Below, piece by piece: positions 33,608 to 45,352 of a stretch of DNA of 64,000 bases. This stretch comes from Rhynchopus sp. YZ270_cl-10 (Eukaryota): the NCBI GenBank assembly GCA_964035575.1, contig OZ037841.1, positions 992,001 to 1,056,000 of the forward strand, read 5' to 3'. The first letter of the stretch is position 1. The number at the start of each line of letters is the position of its first letter. The translations under genes and the position numbers were made by a program. The notes beneath the pieces were generated by a model. It was not told where the DNA came from and made no database searches. It saw only the letters and a program-made list of their open reading frames with translations.

Positions 33608-34429
33608 AGGAGAAGAAAAACAAATGAAAAAAAAATATTCGAAAAATTTAGGAGGATAACCTGTGTTGAAAAGATGTGTGTACACGAGAGGCACATCAAG
33701 ATTTCCCTTTTTTCTTGTGACAGTGTATGGTACACTGTTCGAGGGGTATTTCAAGTCGGGATTTTTTTCCCCCACCCATTTGCAGCCAACGTACATAGGG
33801 TAAAACGGTGCATTTCGATTGGAAAGAAAATAGAGGGAAGCGGCGGGGGAGAAAAATATTCTGTCGGAAAGAGTGAATGTGTCATTTTGCAAAAAAAAAA
33901 GGGTATCCTGTGATGGATAGGTCCCGAAGAGACATTACCAGAATAGCCCCCTAGGCATTGTATGTATGTGTTGTGTTTTGAAATTTATGTTATGGGTAGT
34001 TCTTGTGAGGAATGTTGCTCGTTGTGTGTGCGGGGAAGAAAAAAATCTACGTTTTATGGTCGTTGTTGTTGCTGCTTTTTTTCGTTATCCGTTTTGTTTT
34101 TATGATAAGGTTTTTTTTCTCTCGTTCGTGGCTTTTCTTTTACTTAATTGGTGTGATCCATATGAGGATATGGGGTACCTAGAAAGACCCAAGAAAGACC
34201 TTGTTTACACCTAATTTTTAGGGACGCTAAAATTGTGTGTAGCATTTTTTTTTTTGATAGTTTTTTGTGTCCAGAAATTTTTCCCAGAAAATTTTTACCC
34301 ACAAAAAAGAGTCGAATATAAAGGTACACTGTCACAACTTAGTGGCAAAAGGGCTTCCATAGTCATTCGGGTGCATACCCCTATCCCTTTCGCATTACAA
34401 AATTTGGGGTTTGATTTTTTTATGTTTAT

Positions 34430-35410
34430 CATACATTGAAATACCGGGGAGTCACGGGGAGTTTGGCAAAAAATCAAAAAAAACGAACTCCCCGTGAGTG
34501 TTTTTTTGGTTTCGAGAGTTTTCGAGAGTGTTTTTTTTTTTTTTTACGGAGAGTTTTCGCGATTAATCGCGACAAAATTCGCGATTAATCCCCGGGAGTA
34601 AACTCGCGATTTTTTGTAGCATTTTACCCCAAACACAACCGTGCACACCTGGTGCTATCCGCATCTGACCTGTGCCTACCTGGGCACACGTTCAGTCTAC
34701 GTACTCACATTACACCTACCGATTGATTCGCAAAATGCACCCACCACGACAGAGGGGTGATAAGCCTCGCGGCTTTAGGCGGCACAGTGGTGGCGGACAT
34801 GAGCAAACGAGCCCACAGGTCGATCACAAATGCGACGGGTTAATTCCGCGCTTGGGAATTATCCACACCTGTTTAAGATATAATTACGCTTAAATTACTC
34901 TGGGCGAAAAATGGTACACCATACCAGCAGGGAAGCATACCACCACATGTAAGCAGGGCTATTTTAAATATGGGCCAATATGTCCCAGTATAGCAGTACA
35001 CCCAATAAATCCATTGGAGAAGGAACATTGCACTTTTGACCACCACAGAATACATGTTGCCAGCCACACCACTAAAGTACAAAAACCCCCTCGGAACGTA
35101 GTGAGAGCTTGTGAAAAAATCTCTCCCCGTTCATAGATGGCCCAGTTTTCGAGATTTTTTCATAAATTCGCGATTAATCGCAAATTTTTATTTTATAAAT
35201 TGGAGAGTTTTCGAGAGTATTTTTTTTAAATCGGGGAGTATTGGAGAGTTTTGGAGAGTTTTGGAGAGTTTTTTTTAAAATTGGAGAGTTTTCGAGAGTT
35301 TTTCACAAATTCGCGATTAATCGCGAATTTTTTTTCTTTTTTTTTAATCGCTAAAACTCTCGAAAACACCAGTGGAGAGTCTCCGCGACTCCCGGGGATT
35401 TCAATGTATG
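34430..35410. mobile_element. Non-autonomous TIR element, ~980 bp, 6-bp TSD GTTTAT
   Basis: About 32-bp TIR catacattgaaat(a/c)ccggggagtc(a/g)cgg, flanked by gtttat on both sides. Subterminal repeats TTCGCGATTAATCGC and TTGGAGAGTTTT. Confidence 0.85.
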
Positions 35411-35609
35411 GTTTATGTTGATTACTGTTTGCTAAAGTAGTTTGTGAATTTGTACTTTTTTTGTGATCAAGGTGACTGAGGACGAGAGGCTTAGGTTCAT
35501 CTTACAAACGTCTTTTCTTTTCTTTTCTTATGATGTTGCGGTTTTCTATTAAGCTGCAGGGTTGTGCATTTCAGCTTTCTACCTGCACCGGAATAGAAAA
35601 TTCTCAACA

Positions 35610-35646
<37 letters not shown>

Positions 35647-36267
35647 AACTGAGACAAGGGAAGCCCTGCTTTAAGGCGCATTTTTTCCCGTTTTGCCCGG
35701 GGATGCCCAGTGGCTCAGCCGTTTTTTTTTAAAATTAAATTTGCCCCGGGCTGTCTCAGTGTGCCTCACGACGGAGCTAATAACAGGCTGTATTGTGCAC
35801 ACACTACACAGTCGTGCAGGTTGGTTAGCATAGCACACGACCAATCTTTACTTTGTGATCAAGGTGACCAAGCGCGAGAGGCTCCGATTCATCTTATCAA
35901 TTTTTTTTTCCATTTCACGGGGCTCTGCATCTTACAAAAAAAAAAACTTAAGAAACACCCTCTTTGTTCTGCTTTTATTTTGAAGACTGCTCAAAAAAAA
36001 TATTTCACTTTTTTTTGACAAGTTTGAAAAATAATAAATACCGTGTTGTGTGCCCCACTATGAAACCAACTATGCTACCCTCATCCCCTTCAGGCCCGCT
36101 CCCATTTTTTTTTTTCTTCCTCTTTTTTTTTTGTTTTTTTTTTTCGAAACCCACGTTGTCTTCTTCTATTCACTAGTGCGTGCATAAAAAAGAAAAGAGG
36201 AGAAAAACACAAGGAGTCCACCTGGACAAGGCTCGTAGCGATGATGCAACTTTTGTCGTGCTGAATG

Positions 36268-36487
36268 CACTGTGGCCAGGGGTGTGGGTATATAGCATTT
36301 AGGGGACAGCAAAATGCTACCTGAAGGGTGGGGAGGGATGGCATTTTGCTTGTTATTTTCTTAGGGTACTTGTGCTTTCATCCGGATGGCTGGCATCGTA
36401 CGTGGGTCAGTCGGAGGTGCCTGCATCAACAACCACAGTTTTCTTAAGCCAAATGCATTATCTATCCTCATACCCCTGGCCACAGTG
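36268..36487. mobile_element. MITE with CACTG termini, containing a module-D hairpin
   Basis: TIR cactgtggccaggggt / acccctggccacagtg extending imperfectly for about 35 bp. Flanks TG/CG. Confidence 0.7.
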
Positions 36488-36817
36488 CGTCTCAACAAAA
36501 TAAGCTACTAAAAAGAGGTCTGCGATATGGTCAGATTTTTTGTCAAAAAAGTTAGTACACCATCTTGTAACGAATAACGGATAATGTTATGATACGTTTT
36601 TGCTTTATTTGGAAAAAAAAGAACCCGGTCCATCAAGTTATGATCATCTTTTTTTTTCTTTTTTTCTTTTTCTGCTTCTGCTTCCAACGAGAGAAAAAAT
36701 GCTGTGCCCTCCCTGACACCTGACCCCCGGGGGGAGCTATTCATCTTTCAAAGGTTTTTCCCCTCCTCTTCTCCTTCCCCAATCCTTTCTCCATACACGT
36801 GGGGCTTGGGTTTCATC

Positions 36818-37435
36818 CAGAGTCCTAGCTTGCCTGGGTCAGTGGGTCAAGCTGACCCAAGTGCCTGGGTCGCGACCCACGAAAAAAAAAAAAAAAAAGG
36901 GAATTAATTAATTTGGAAATTGGGAAATTCTGATTTTTTCCCCTCTTTGGGGGGCCTACCACCTTTTCTGGGGTAAGAAAAAAATATTGACAAAAAAATC
37001 CGGCACCGTCCAGGGCTGGACCCAATTTTTTTTGCCTGCGGCGCCATTTTTCCTTTTTTGCTCCGCAAAAAAGGGTTCGTAGAGTGACTCTGTGGTGTAA
37101 AAAGCTACATTTTTACACCGTACCCTAATTTTTTTCGCCTGCGGCGCCATTTTATATATTTTGTGTTGGGTGATCTATGAACGGGGAGTGATTTTTATGG
37201 TTATAGTGGCGTTACATTTAACGTTGTGAGCAACTCACTAGTCGTAGTGGCCAAAATTTGTATCAGTCAAGAACTTGTCCATTTTTCTGAAATGACCCCA
37301 CCACAGTGAGGGTAGAGCTCGGAAAACCCAAAAAAGCCAAGACAAGCCCCCCAAGGCCCAAAACCTCTGCTGACCCAAAAAAAAAAATTCTGACCCAGAT
37401 TTGGCATTTTTTTTCAAAACCAAGCTAGGACCCTG
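36818..37435. mobile_element. Non-autonomous hAT-like element, 8-bp TSD GTTTCATC
   Basis: TIR cagagtcctagcttg / caagctaggaccctg with an identical 8-bp flank. The target is the 3' arm of a module-A-like hairpin. Confidence 0.85.
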
Positions 37436-37652
37436 GTTTCATCTTTGCGAAGAAAAAAAAAATCTTTTACGCAGGCTAGTTGCAATTTCTTTGATTTTCG
37501 CTGTGCTTCACTTTGAAGAAAAAAATATCTATACTTTTGAGTGATTGCCCCACACAATGTCAAGGTTTTTTTTTTCTCTTTCCTTTTCACAACTCCTCCA
37601 GCACATCTTTCGTTTTTTGTTCCGTTCATTTGTTTCTGTAAAATAAAAAAAA

Positions 37653-38151
37653 CACGGGTCGGGAAAGATCTTTTTTTTTTTTTTTTTTTTTTTTTCGAGA
37701 AAAAAAATCCTCTTCTCCCGAAAAAAAAAAAAAAAAAAAAGATTTTTGGGAGAAAAAAAAAAAGAGAAAAGATTTGAAAATCCTGGGAAAATCCTGAAAA
37801 AATCCATGAAATTTCATGAAAAATCTCGAGATCTTGAGAAATCTTTGAAAAAAAAAAAAAAGATTTTCAAAATCTTTTTTTTTTTTTTTCCCCAAAAAGA
37901 TTTTTCAAAATCCCAAAAATCTTTTTTATCTTTTTTTTGAGAAAAAAAAGATTTTCAAGATCTTTTTCATCTTTTTTTCTCTTTTTTTCCTTTTTTTCCT
38001 TTTTTTTCCAGGATTTTTCAAAGATCTCAAAGATCTCGAGAGATCCTGAAAAAAAAAGACAAAAATCCTGAAAATCTTGATTTTTTTTTTTTTTTCTCCC
38101 GAGATTCTCGAAAAAAGACAAAAAAAGACAAAAGATCTTTCCTGACCCGTG
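37653..38151. mobile_element. TIR element with CACG termini and a low-complexity A/T-tract + AGAT(C/T) interior
   Basis: TIR cacgggtcgggaaagatctttt / aaaagatctttcctgacccgtg. Flanks AA/AA. Confidence 0.75.
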
Positions 38152-40006
38152 AAAAAAGATTGGCAGTTCTTTTCGCGACTTTCGTTACTCACTGGAGGTA
38201 TTCAGTGATTTTGTCGCTACAACAAAACAAGCCAGGACCATATCTGCCAGTCCACACTGCAACCAACAGAGTACGAGAAGTAGACATCATCCAATAAGGG
38301 GTTTATGCGTATCCCTTGCCACACTCTTTTAGGGGCGGAGGTGATTGGGTTCTGTACATATCCTGTCAAATCCTGCCCCACCCACCCGATGTTGGGAGAG
38401 GCAGAATCCAACCTCTTTTTGGGTGGGTCTTTCAATGTGCAAAAAATATATGACAACAACAGACTGCACTGAGAGTCGCACCGAGGGTCAGAGTTGGTCA
38501 CCGTGTAGTTGGGGACACCAAAAAAACCCCACCTGTTGTTTCCCCCCCTCCCCAAAGATGACTAAGCAGTGTCGACAGCTTCGCAACGTTTCATTTTTTT
38601 GTTCTTCTCGAGATGACTTAGAGAGGCTAAGGGTTATCTTATAAATTTTTCTTGAGCTGCGTTTGAGTACGTTTCAACTTTTCTTCCAGCGGAGTGTCAA
38701 TGCCTGCGTCTTAGAGGTGTTTGCACACCAAATTTCACTTTTTCTTATACTCATTATACCTTCTATTCAGTAGAATAGTTAGTATATGAAACAACTTTTT
38801 CTTTCTTTCTTTGATCCTCATAACAACACGAGGATGAAAACAATTGTCAAAGCCATATGCCGAATCTTTCCCCTCAGTGAGTCTCTGAGGCCCATCTTAC
38901 CTAGAGTGCCACATGCATTGTCACCTCCCCCTTCACCATACACCCGCCTCGTGGTGTGAATAAGGGAACGTGGTGCGCTGTGTGTGGCCCCTCTCATGAA
39001 CCCCTCCGGGCTGCTGGTCAGCAAAACCCCTCAAGGCTTTTTTGCTTGGAATGTTGTTTAAAGGGGGCTTCTTAAAGACCGGTCGTTTTTTTCTTTGAAA
39101 ATTTGGTTTGTATTTAGTGTAGACAGGATACGCTCCACTAAACTGAACGCTTTTGAGAAGTAGATGTCGAACCCACGTGAGGCAAAATTCATCTCTCAAC
39201 TTTTTTTTAGGTCAGTCGGTGCCTGCAGATATTAATCACCTTTTTTTTCTCTTCCCGTACTTTCAATTGAATGAGAAGTCGTGTGTTGCTGTGGTGTGTT
39301 TCTTTCAGTGACTGCGTCCGCTGAGGAACGGTGAGGCGTTTGCTCTTTCAACTTCATATTTCTTTTAGCTTTTCTTCGAACCCCACAGGGCAACCCTACT
39401 AGGATCTGCTCTGTTGACTCCGAAACGTTTTACAAACCATTCAGTTAAGACACAAACTCAACTTCATCCGGGGGTGAAGGTGGCTGGATTGGGTGAGCCG
39501 GGTGGACAACAAAAAAAGAAGGGTGATGAAGGGGGAAAAAGAACAAACAAAAACAGAGTTTTTTCGCAAGAAAAATCATCGTCTTTATCTGTCCCTTCTG
39601 TCCTTCCCGAACCATCTAATGCCTCTTGTTCGCTAATGGGGGCAGTGCTGTTGGGTCTTTCCACAATGATTCCACTGGTTTCAAGAAAAAAAATATAACT
39701 CGAAATGACCACAGTACGCCCCCTTCTGACACACGCCTTTCTCCCCTCGCTCGTGCCCTACAGAACTTCGTTTCTATTCACTCCCCTAATTTTTTAGTTT
39801 CGCCGTGTGCACATTTTGTCGAAACTGCAACAACCCCTGTTCACCCCAACCCACAAAAGAAATTCGTTTTATTTCTATTTAACCCCAAACCCATACATTT
39901 GTGTTGATTTTTTTTCGCTGTGCTTTTACATTTTTTATCACTCAAAAATATCATTGGTTTCTTTACACAAAAAAGTAGTGAAGACTGTCTAATATGGTAG
40001 CTACAC

Positions 40007-40105
40007 CCACCTGATTTTGTCTGAAATTTCGGTGGGGTTTAGTGGTGTTTGGTGATGTTAAGACCACTATCCAAAACTCCGCCAAATTTCATGCGAATCA
40101 GGTGG
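40007..40105. mobile_element. MITE, CCACCTG family, 5-bp TSD TACAC
   Basis: TIR ccacctgattttgtctgaaattt / aaatttcatgcgaatcaggtgg, flanked by tacac on both sides. Confidence 0.7.
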
Positions 40106-42439
40106 TACACTAATCCAACAACTTATCGGGGGAAAAGTCAACTCAAAATAATATTATATAGCACACTGTTCCATATGGGGTAGTCTTACCTCGTGGTAAC
40201 CGTGTGACTATCAATGAAGTGCTCTCTGGGGTTCGATAACCCGCGGGGAATCAATCTTCGGTCAACTTTTCTTTCTTTTTCAATGGGGTTTTTTTGCCAG
40301 CTTTGGGGATGGGGGGGTTTTTTTTAAAAGAAAAATCGTGGCTGCTATCTAGTGATAGAGTCTATAATCAAACTGAATTTTAGGTGACTCAGCACGCGAG
40401 GCTTAGGATCATCTTATACACTTTTCTATTTTTTGCTGGGACTGTCTGGTTGGGGGTCCATCTTGGGGGTCCATCATCACAGTGTTCTGGTCATGTACCA
40501 AAAAGTACACTGTGAGGGATTTTTTTGTATTTCAAGTAAAAAATTCATTTGCGGGTGACCGAGTACAAAGAGAGGCTAAGGTTCGTCTGAAACAGTTTTT
40601 TTTTTTTTTTTGAGTCAGTTTCTATTTATTTTCATTTTTCTTTTGCCTTTTTTTAACCCCATCCGGCATTCCCCCTGTTTATCAGATGTGTGACGCACAT
40701 TGATCTCGTTTTTTTCTTTCTCGGACCTACCCCCCCACGGTGTTCTGGTCACACAACCAAAGGTACACTGCTCACGAGAGGGCTTTTTTTTTGTATTTCA
40801 AGTCAAATTTCTTTCTTATTTGCATCCCCTTCCCCACACTCCGTAAGGAGAAACCCATCCATCTTATATGCAACCCGCAAACGCCAGTAGGAAAAAGTCA
40901 GTACCAAAGACTTCAAAATAAAACAAAAGGGGTGGGGGGCGAGGCGGTGATCTGGTGCTCTTGTACACGGTGGATATGTGATCCATGCTATGTAATGCAA
41001 AAGTATGTTGCAACAAACATTCCAAACTAACATCATGTTATTTAGCATGTTATCGGGGCACATAGTCCACACATAGGGGGTGCTCCGTAAACAGGTTCCT
41101 TGTGGAACATTACCGAAAAGGAGTATTTTGTTCTTTTGAATATGCACGTGTGGTATATTCATCTTTTAGCTTTTATTTTTTTTCTTCTACTCAAAATAGT
41201 TTTTGTTCTCCTGAATCGAAGGTGTTTCTTTCAGGCAGAATTCGATAGTTACTAGGAAGATAACGTTTTTTTTTGAATTTAACTGTTCTTTTGATCAAGG
41301 TGACTAACCCCTTTTGCGGCTGAAGTTCATCTTGCAACCACTTTTTTCTTGCGTTATACAAAAGGAAGCAGGCTCCACGCGGTTTGAACGGGGTCTTGTT
41401 ATCACCCTTCCCACCTTGTTTGGTGCCTAGGGGTGACACGAAGAAGGCTACTGTTCATCTTAGTAAACGTTTCTATTTTGACCCCTTTTCTTTTGAGGCC
41501 AAAACGAGTAAAACTTTTTACTCATTTTCAAATAACCTTCTGCACCCCCTCTCACCAGACATTGGTAGCTATCTTTGGAGAATAGTATCATAGAAAAATC
41601 AGGATAAGGAAGTGCCCTGTTGACTTTTTTTGTCACGAAAAATCCCTTCTTTTTTTCTCTTGTTCTTCATCATCTTCCGAGCCTTTGCCATCCGGAAGTC
41701 AGGTTCTATTTCTTAGTTTTGCACTTCTTTTTTTCAAATCAGTTTTCTATTTCTTTCCAGATGTATATGTAGGAGAGTACAAATTCATCTTTCAAGTTTT
41801 CTTTCGTATTTTTTTTTTTGAAGAATTGGGTTTACAGTTTTTTAAACAATACCCCAAAAAAATGGACAAAATGCCGGGATTACAAACAAACAAACAAACC
41901 ATTTCTTTTGCGTCCTGCAACGCTTTGTCTGTACCGGGTCCAAAGTGGAGTTCATGGGCGTCTGACACTAATCCAATAATTTCAAAAAAAGAAAACATAA
42001 ATGGTGTGGTCGGAACCTAAATTCCCTGTACTTTTCCCGTACTTCTCCCTGGTTCCGACCACAACAACGAATAAATATTTTGAGAAATATAGTGGAGCGC
42101 ATCCTCAGAGGTGTGTCTACACTAATACGAAACCAAGATTTTCAAAAAAAAACAAAACAAAAACAAAAACAAAAACCACTTCATTAGCATATTCTCTCGC
42201 TTCTTACCATTCCCCATCTCTTCTCCCCCCTATATTTCTCAAATAGAACCGGTGGTCTATATCTGTGGTATATTTTAGTGTGTCTGTGTGCGCCACCGAC
42301 GTTCCAGCAACAAAAAAAGCCCACCCCCGCCTCTTTTTTTGATCAAGCCAACCCTCTCTCCTACCTCTATCAGAAATTAAATTTCTGCTATTCTTTTTTC
42401 AAATAAACCCCACCTCCAGGAAAAAAAAACAGAACAAAA

Positions 42440-44836
42440 ATGAACTCCACCGATACTGCTTTGCTTGCAAAGCTGGTTGGTGTGAAGGGACGTCCCTTTA
42501 ATACGACGCACAAGGACGTGACAGTACGGCACAATGTAACGGAGAGCGCATCGTCTGAGGACCTCCCAGGGGACAGCGCTTTTGCTGCTCTGTGCTATGC
42601 TTGGGCGGCTGATGTGTATGCACACCCTCAAGCAACAGCGCTTCTCAGCACCCCAGAGGAGAACACCTACCAGGGCGAGGGCGACTTCTTTGAGACCTTT
42701 TCGCGTTGTGTTGCTGGGTTTGCGGCAGCATTTCGCGCTCATATTGGAGACTCTGATGGTCGCCTGCCTTTACAATTGGTCAATGACTTCGGAAGACGCA
42801 GTTTATCCTTGAGAAGACAATGGGCCTGGAGCATCCCAAACACCACCGCCCTCGATGCCCTGCAGGAACTCTCCCCCCTTCTCGAGGTAGGCTCCGGTAC
42901 GGGATACTGGGCGAGCCTTCTGCACTCCCGCGGTGTCCCCATCACCGCGTATGACAGCAGCACCACATGGCTTCCAGAATTCAACACTTTTGAGGATGGC
43001 TCGCAATGTGCCGTACCCACAACCTATTTCACCTCTCTCCCTGGAGGACCCGAAGCGGCTGGGAAAGCAGAACACCAAGACAAAACTTTGGTACTGATGT
43101 GGCCCGATTTCATGGGGTCTGGAACGTTCGGGTTGGAAGCCTTGAAGCATTACAAAGGGAAGACCCTCGCTTTGGTGGGAGAATGGGCGGGGGCGACATA
43201 CGGGGTGTACGCGGAAGGATTGCAGCCTTCCGGACAGTCCTTTTCACCGCTCTGCCAACAGTACGTTGAACACCATTTTGAGCTGCTCCGTTGTGTCCCC
43301 CTCCCTAACTGGCCTCTCTGTGGAGACTCTCTGCGCATCTACCGTCGCAAAGAAGCTCCTATCACACCACCGCTCACTACGCTCCAATATTCTATCGAAG
43401 CAGGCCGTTATCTCATCAGCGCTTCTCCTCTTCCTGCACAAAGGGAACTTCTTGATGTGTCTCCAGTTCTCTCCGTTATTTCTAAAGAGGGCGTGACAGT
43501 GGCAGGAAGGGGGCAGAAGTATTTGGATATGTACGCATCAGTTCTGTCCTCTGAAGGGGGTCTCAACGCTTTTTATGGTGCATCCTTGCAGTGTCATGGT
43601 GATTGCAGCTGGTTGGAGGATGATGTGTATACCACTGTAACAAAAATTGATGCGTCGTTTGCGGATGGAGGTGAGAGGGCTCATGAGTTCCGCGAACTCC
43701 TGCAGGTTGTTTCTTGCTATCATTACAACGGATTTGGAGGGGTCGCAGTCAAGGATGATGTTGAAGTCATGTCGCTTCGTGTGTTCCCTTCTGTTTCCTA
43801 CTGCAACCACAGCTGTGCACCCAACGCCGCAGTCGCACCGAACAAAGGCACCCTCACTTCCACCATGGAAATCCCTGCATCCCACCCAATCACCATAAGC
43901 TATTTGGAGGACGACCTGATGCTGTCTTCTACCGAGAAGAGGAAGCAGTTTTTGAAGCATCGGTGGGGGTTCGACTGTGGGTGTACCCGGTGCACCGCAA
44001 ATGATACTCAAGAAGTGTTTTACTGTGATGGCCTAAAATTTGAGAAATTCGTGGCAAAGGAGTTTTGTTTTACGGATGAGGATGGGGATGCTGTGATGCT
44101 GTGCACCACCGAGAACGGCGAGATGTTCTATTCGATCAACGGAGAGGCGAGGCCCGCATCCCGACACATCCGATTCGAAGCGGACCAACGTGAGCTGTGG
44201 TTCCCCGACCTCGACCGTTGCGTGACCCTCCCAGACTCCAAATCCATCCCCGAGCTCTACACGCTCCTCTCCGACCTGGTCTCCACCTCGGCAGTTACCT
44301 ATGAAGGAATCCCTATGCGTCGTGGGTGTGGTCACTGCGGTTCTCCATTTTGTATTGAAATTTCCGAGAAAATGTTTTGCGCGGATTGTAAAAATGAAGT
44401 ATCGGATGTGACAGACACCACAGAAACAGCGAAAGGGCTGCTCGCAAAAGGGGCGGAGGAGTGGGGGGAGGAGGAGGTGCAGGATGCACTCCGTTTTAGC
44501 ATGCAACAGACCCGGCATTGGGTTGCGTTTGAACTGTTGAAAGGGTTGGTGGAGCGCTTTCCAGAGAGTCTTGCGTTGCGGATTGCGGTGTTTAAAAGAG
44601 CTGAAACGCTGGCAGGGTGGGACGGTGGTATCGCGGCAGTGCACGCTCTCCTTGCAGACCTGAGCGGCGCATGCGCAGAAGCAGCTTTCAAAGCGGGTGA
44701 AGAGGACCTTGCGACTGAGATGTTTAACAAACAGCACACACTGCGGGCACTGAACGAGGCGGTGGATCCACAGTGGGCTCATGTCGCAGCGTGTCAGCCG
44801 AATGCGCAGGTGTTGTCCTTCCTTTATAAGGATTGA
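42440..44836 (+). CDS. Class I SAM-methyltransferase-like domain fused to a SMYD-type SET domain
   Basis: LLEVGSGTGYWA...ITAYD (motif I). SET motifs YCNHSCAPNA and ITISY, post-SET WGFDCGCTRC. Confidence 0.85.
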   Translation: MNSTDTALLAKLVGVKGRPFNTTHKDVTVRHNVTESASSEDLPGDSAFAALCYAWAADVYAHPQATALLSTPEENTYQGEGDFFETFSRCVAGFAAAFRAHIGDSDGRLPLQLVNDFGRRSLSLRRQWAWSIPNTTALDALQELSPLLEVGSGTGYWASLLHSRGVPITAYDSSTTWLPEFNTFEDGSQCAVPTTYFTSLPGGPEAAGKAEHQDKTLVLMWPDFMGSGTFGLEALKHYKGKTLALVGEWAGATYGVYAEGLQPSGQSFSPLCQQYVEHHFELLRCVPLPNWPLCGDSLRIYRRKEAPITPPLTTLQYSIEAGRYLISASPLPAQRELLDVSPVLSVISKEGVTVAGRGQKYLDMYASVLSSEGGLNAFYGASLQCHGDCSWLEDDVYTTVTKIDASFADGGERAHEFRELLQVVSCYHYNGFGGVAVKDDVEVMSLRVFPSVSYCNHSCAPNAAVAPNKGTLTSTMEIPASHPITISYLEDDLMLSSTEKRKQFLKHRWGFDCGCTRCTANDTQEVFYCDGLKFEKFVAKEFCFTDEDGDAVMLCTTENGEMFYSINGEARPASRHIRFEADQRELWFPDLDRCVTLPDSKSIPELYTLLSDLVSTSAVTYEGIPMRRGCGHCGSPFCIEISEKMFCADCKNEVSDVTDTTETAKGLLAKGAEEWGEEEVQDALRFSMQQTRHWVAFELLKGLVERFPESLALRIAVFKRAETLAGWDGGIAAVHALLADLSGACAEAAFKAGEEDLATEMFNKQHTLRALNEAVDPQWAHVAACQPNAQVLSFLYKD

Positions 44837-45352
44837 GAGAGAGAGAAGAATGAGTGTAGAAAGAGAAAGGGAAAGTAATGGGGCAATATCCCAGCAAATA
44901 AAAAAAAACAGGGGGGAAAAAATGTATCGTTTCGGCAGTGGGATACGGCACTGCAACGGATCTGTTCCGTGCTGGGGTGATGCCTGTGCTTAAGAAAGCC
45001 GTGGCATCCCAGTACACCATGTGTTGCTATTGTTTATCGATGTGTGTGCAGGCATAGATGTGTGCGAGAGGCACAATCATCTTTCAAGTTTTCTTTTTGT
45101 ATTTTATTTTTGTGTGCTTTCTTCGAATGGAAAGTATATGAAATTAGCTTTTTTGTTTTCTTCATTTCTTTTTTTTGGGTGGTGACATAGCTTTTATGGT
45201 AAAAATGGGTTTATCAAAATATCGGAAAATCATCAACAAAAACAAAATCGTACCTCACGTTACCACTTTACCTGCTGCTTTTCAACCAACCCATACCCAT
45301 CCCTTTCCTCACCACACCAATACAATAAGGAAAAGACTTTGGTTGCAAAAAT

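Noticed and set aside
37529..38192. Lys/Phe-rich ORFs
   Set aside because: Artefacts of A/T homopolymer tracts within a TIR element.
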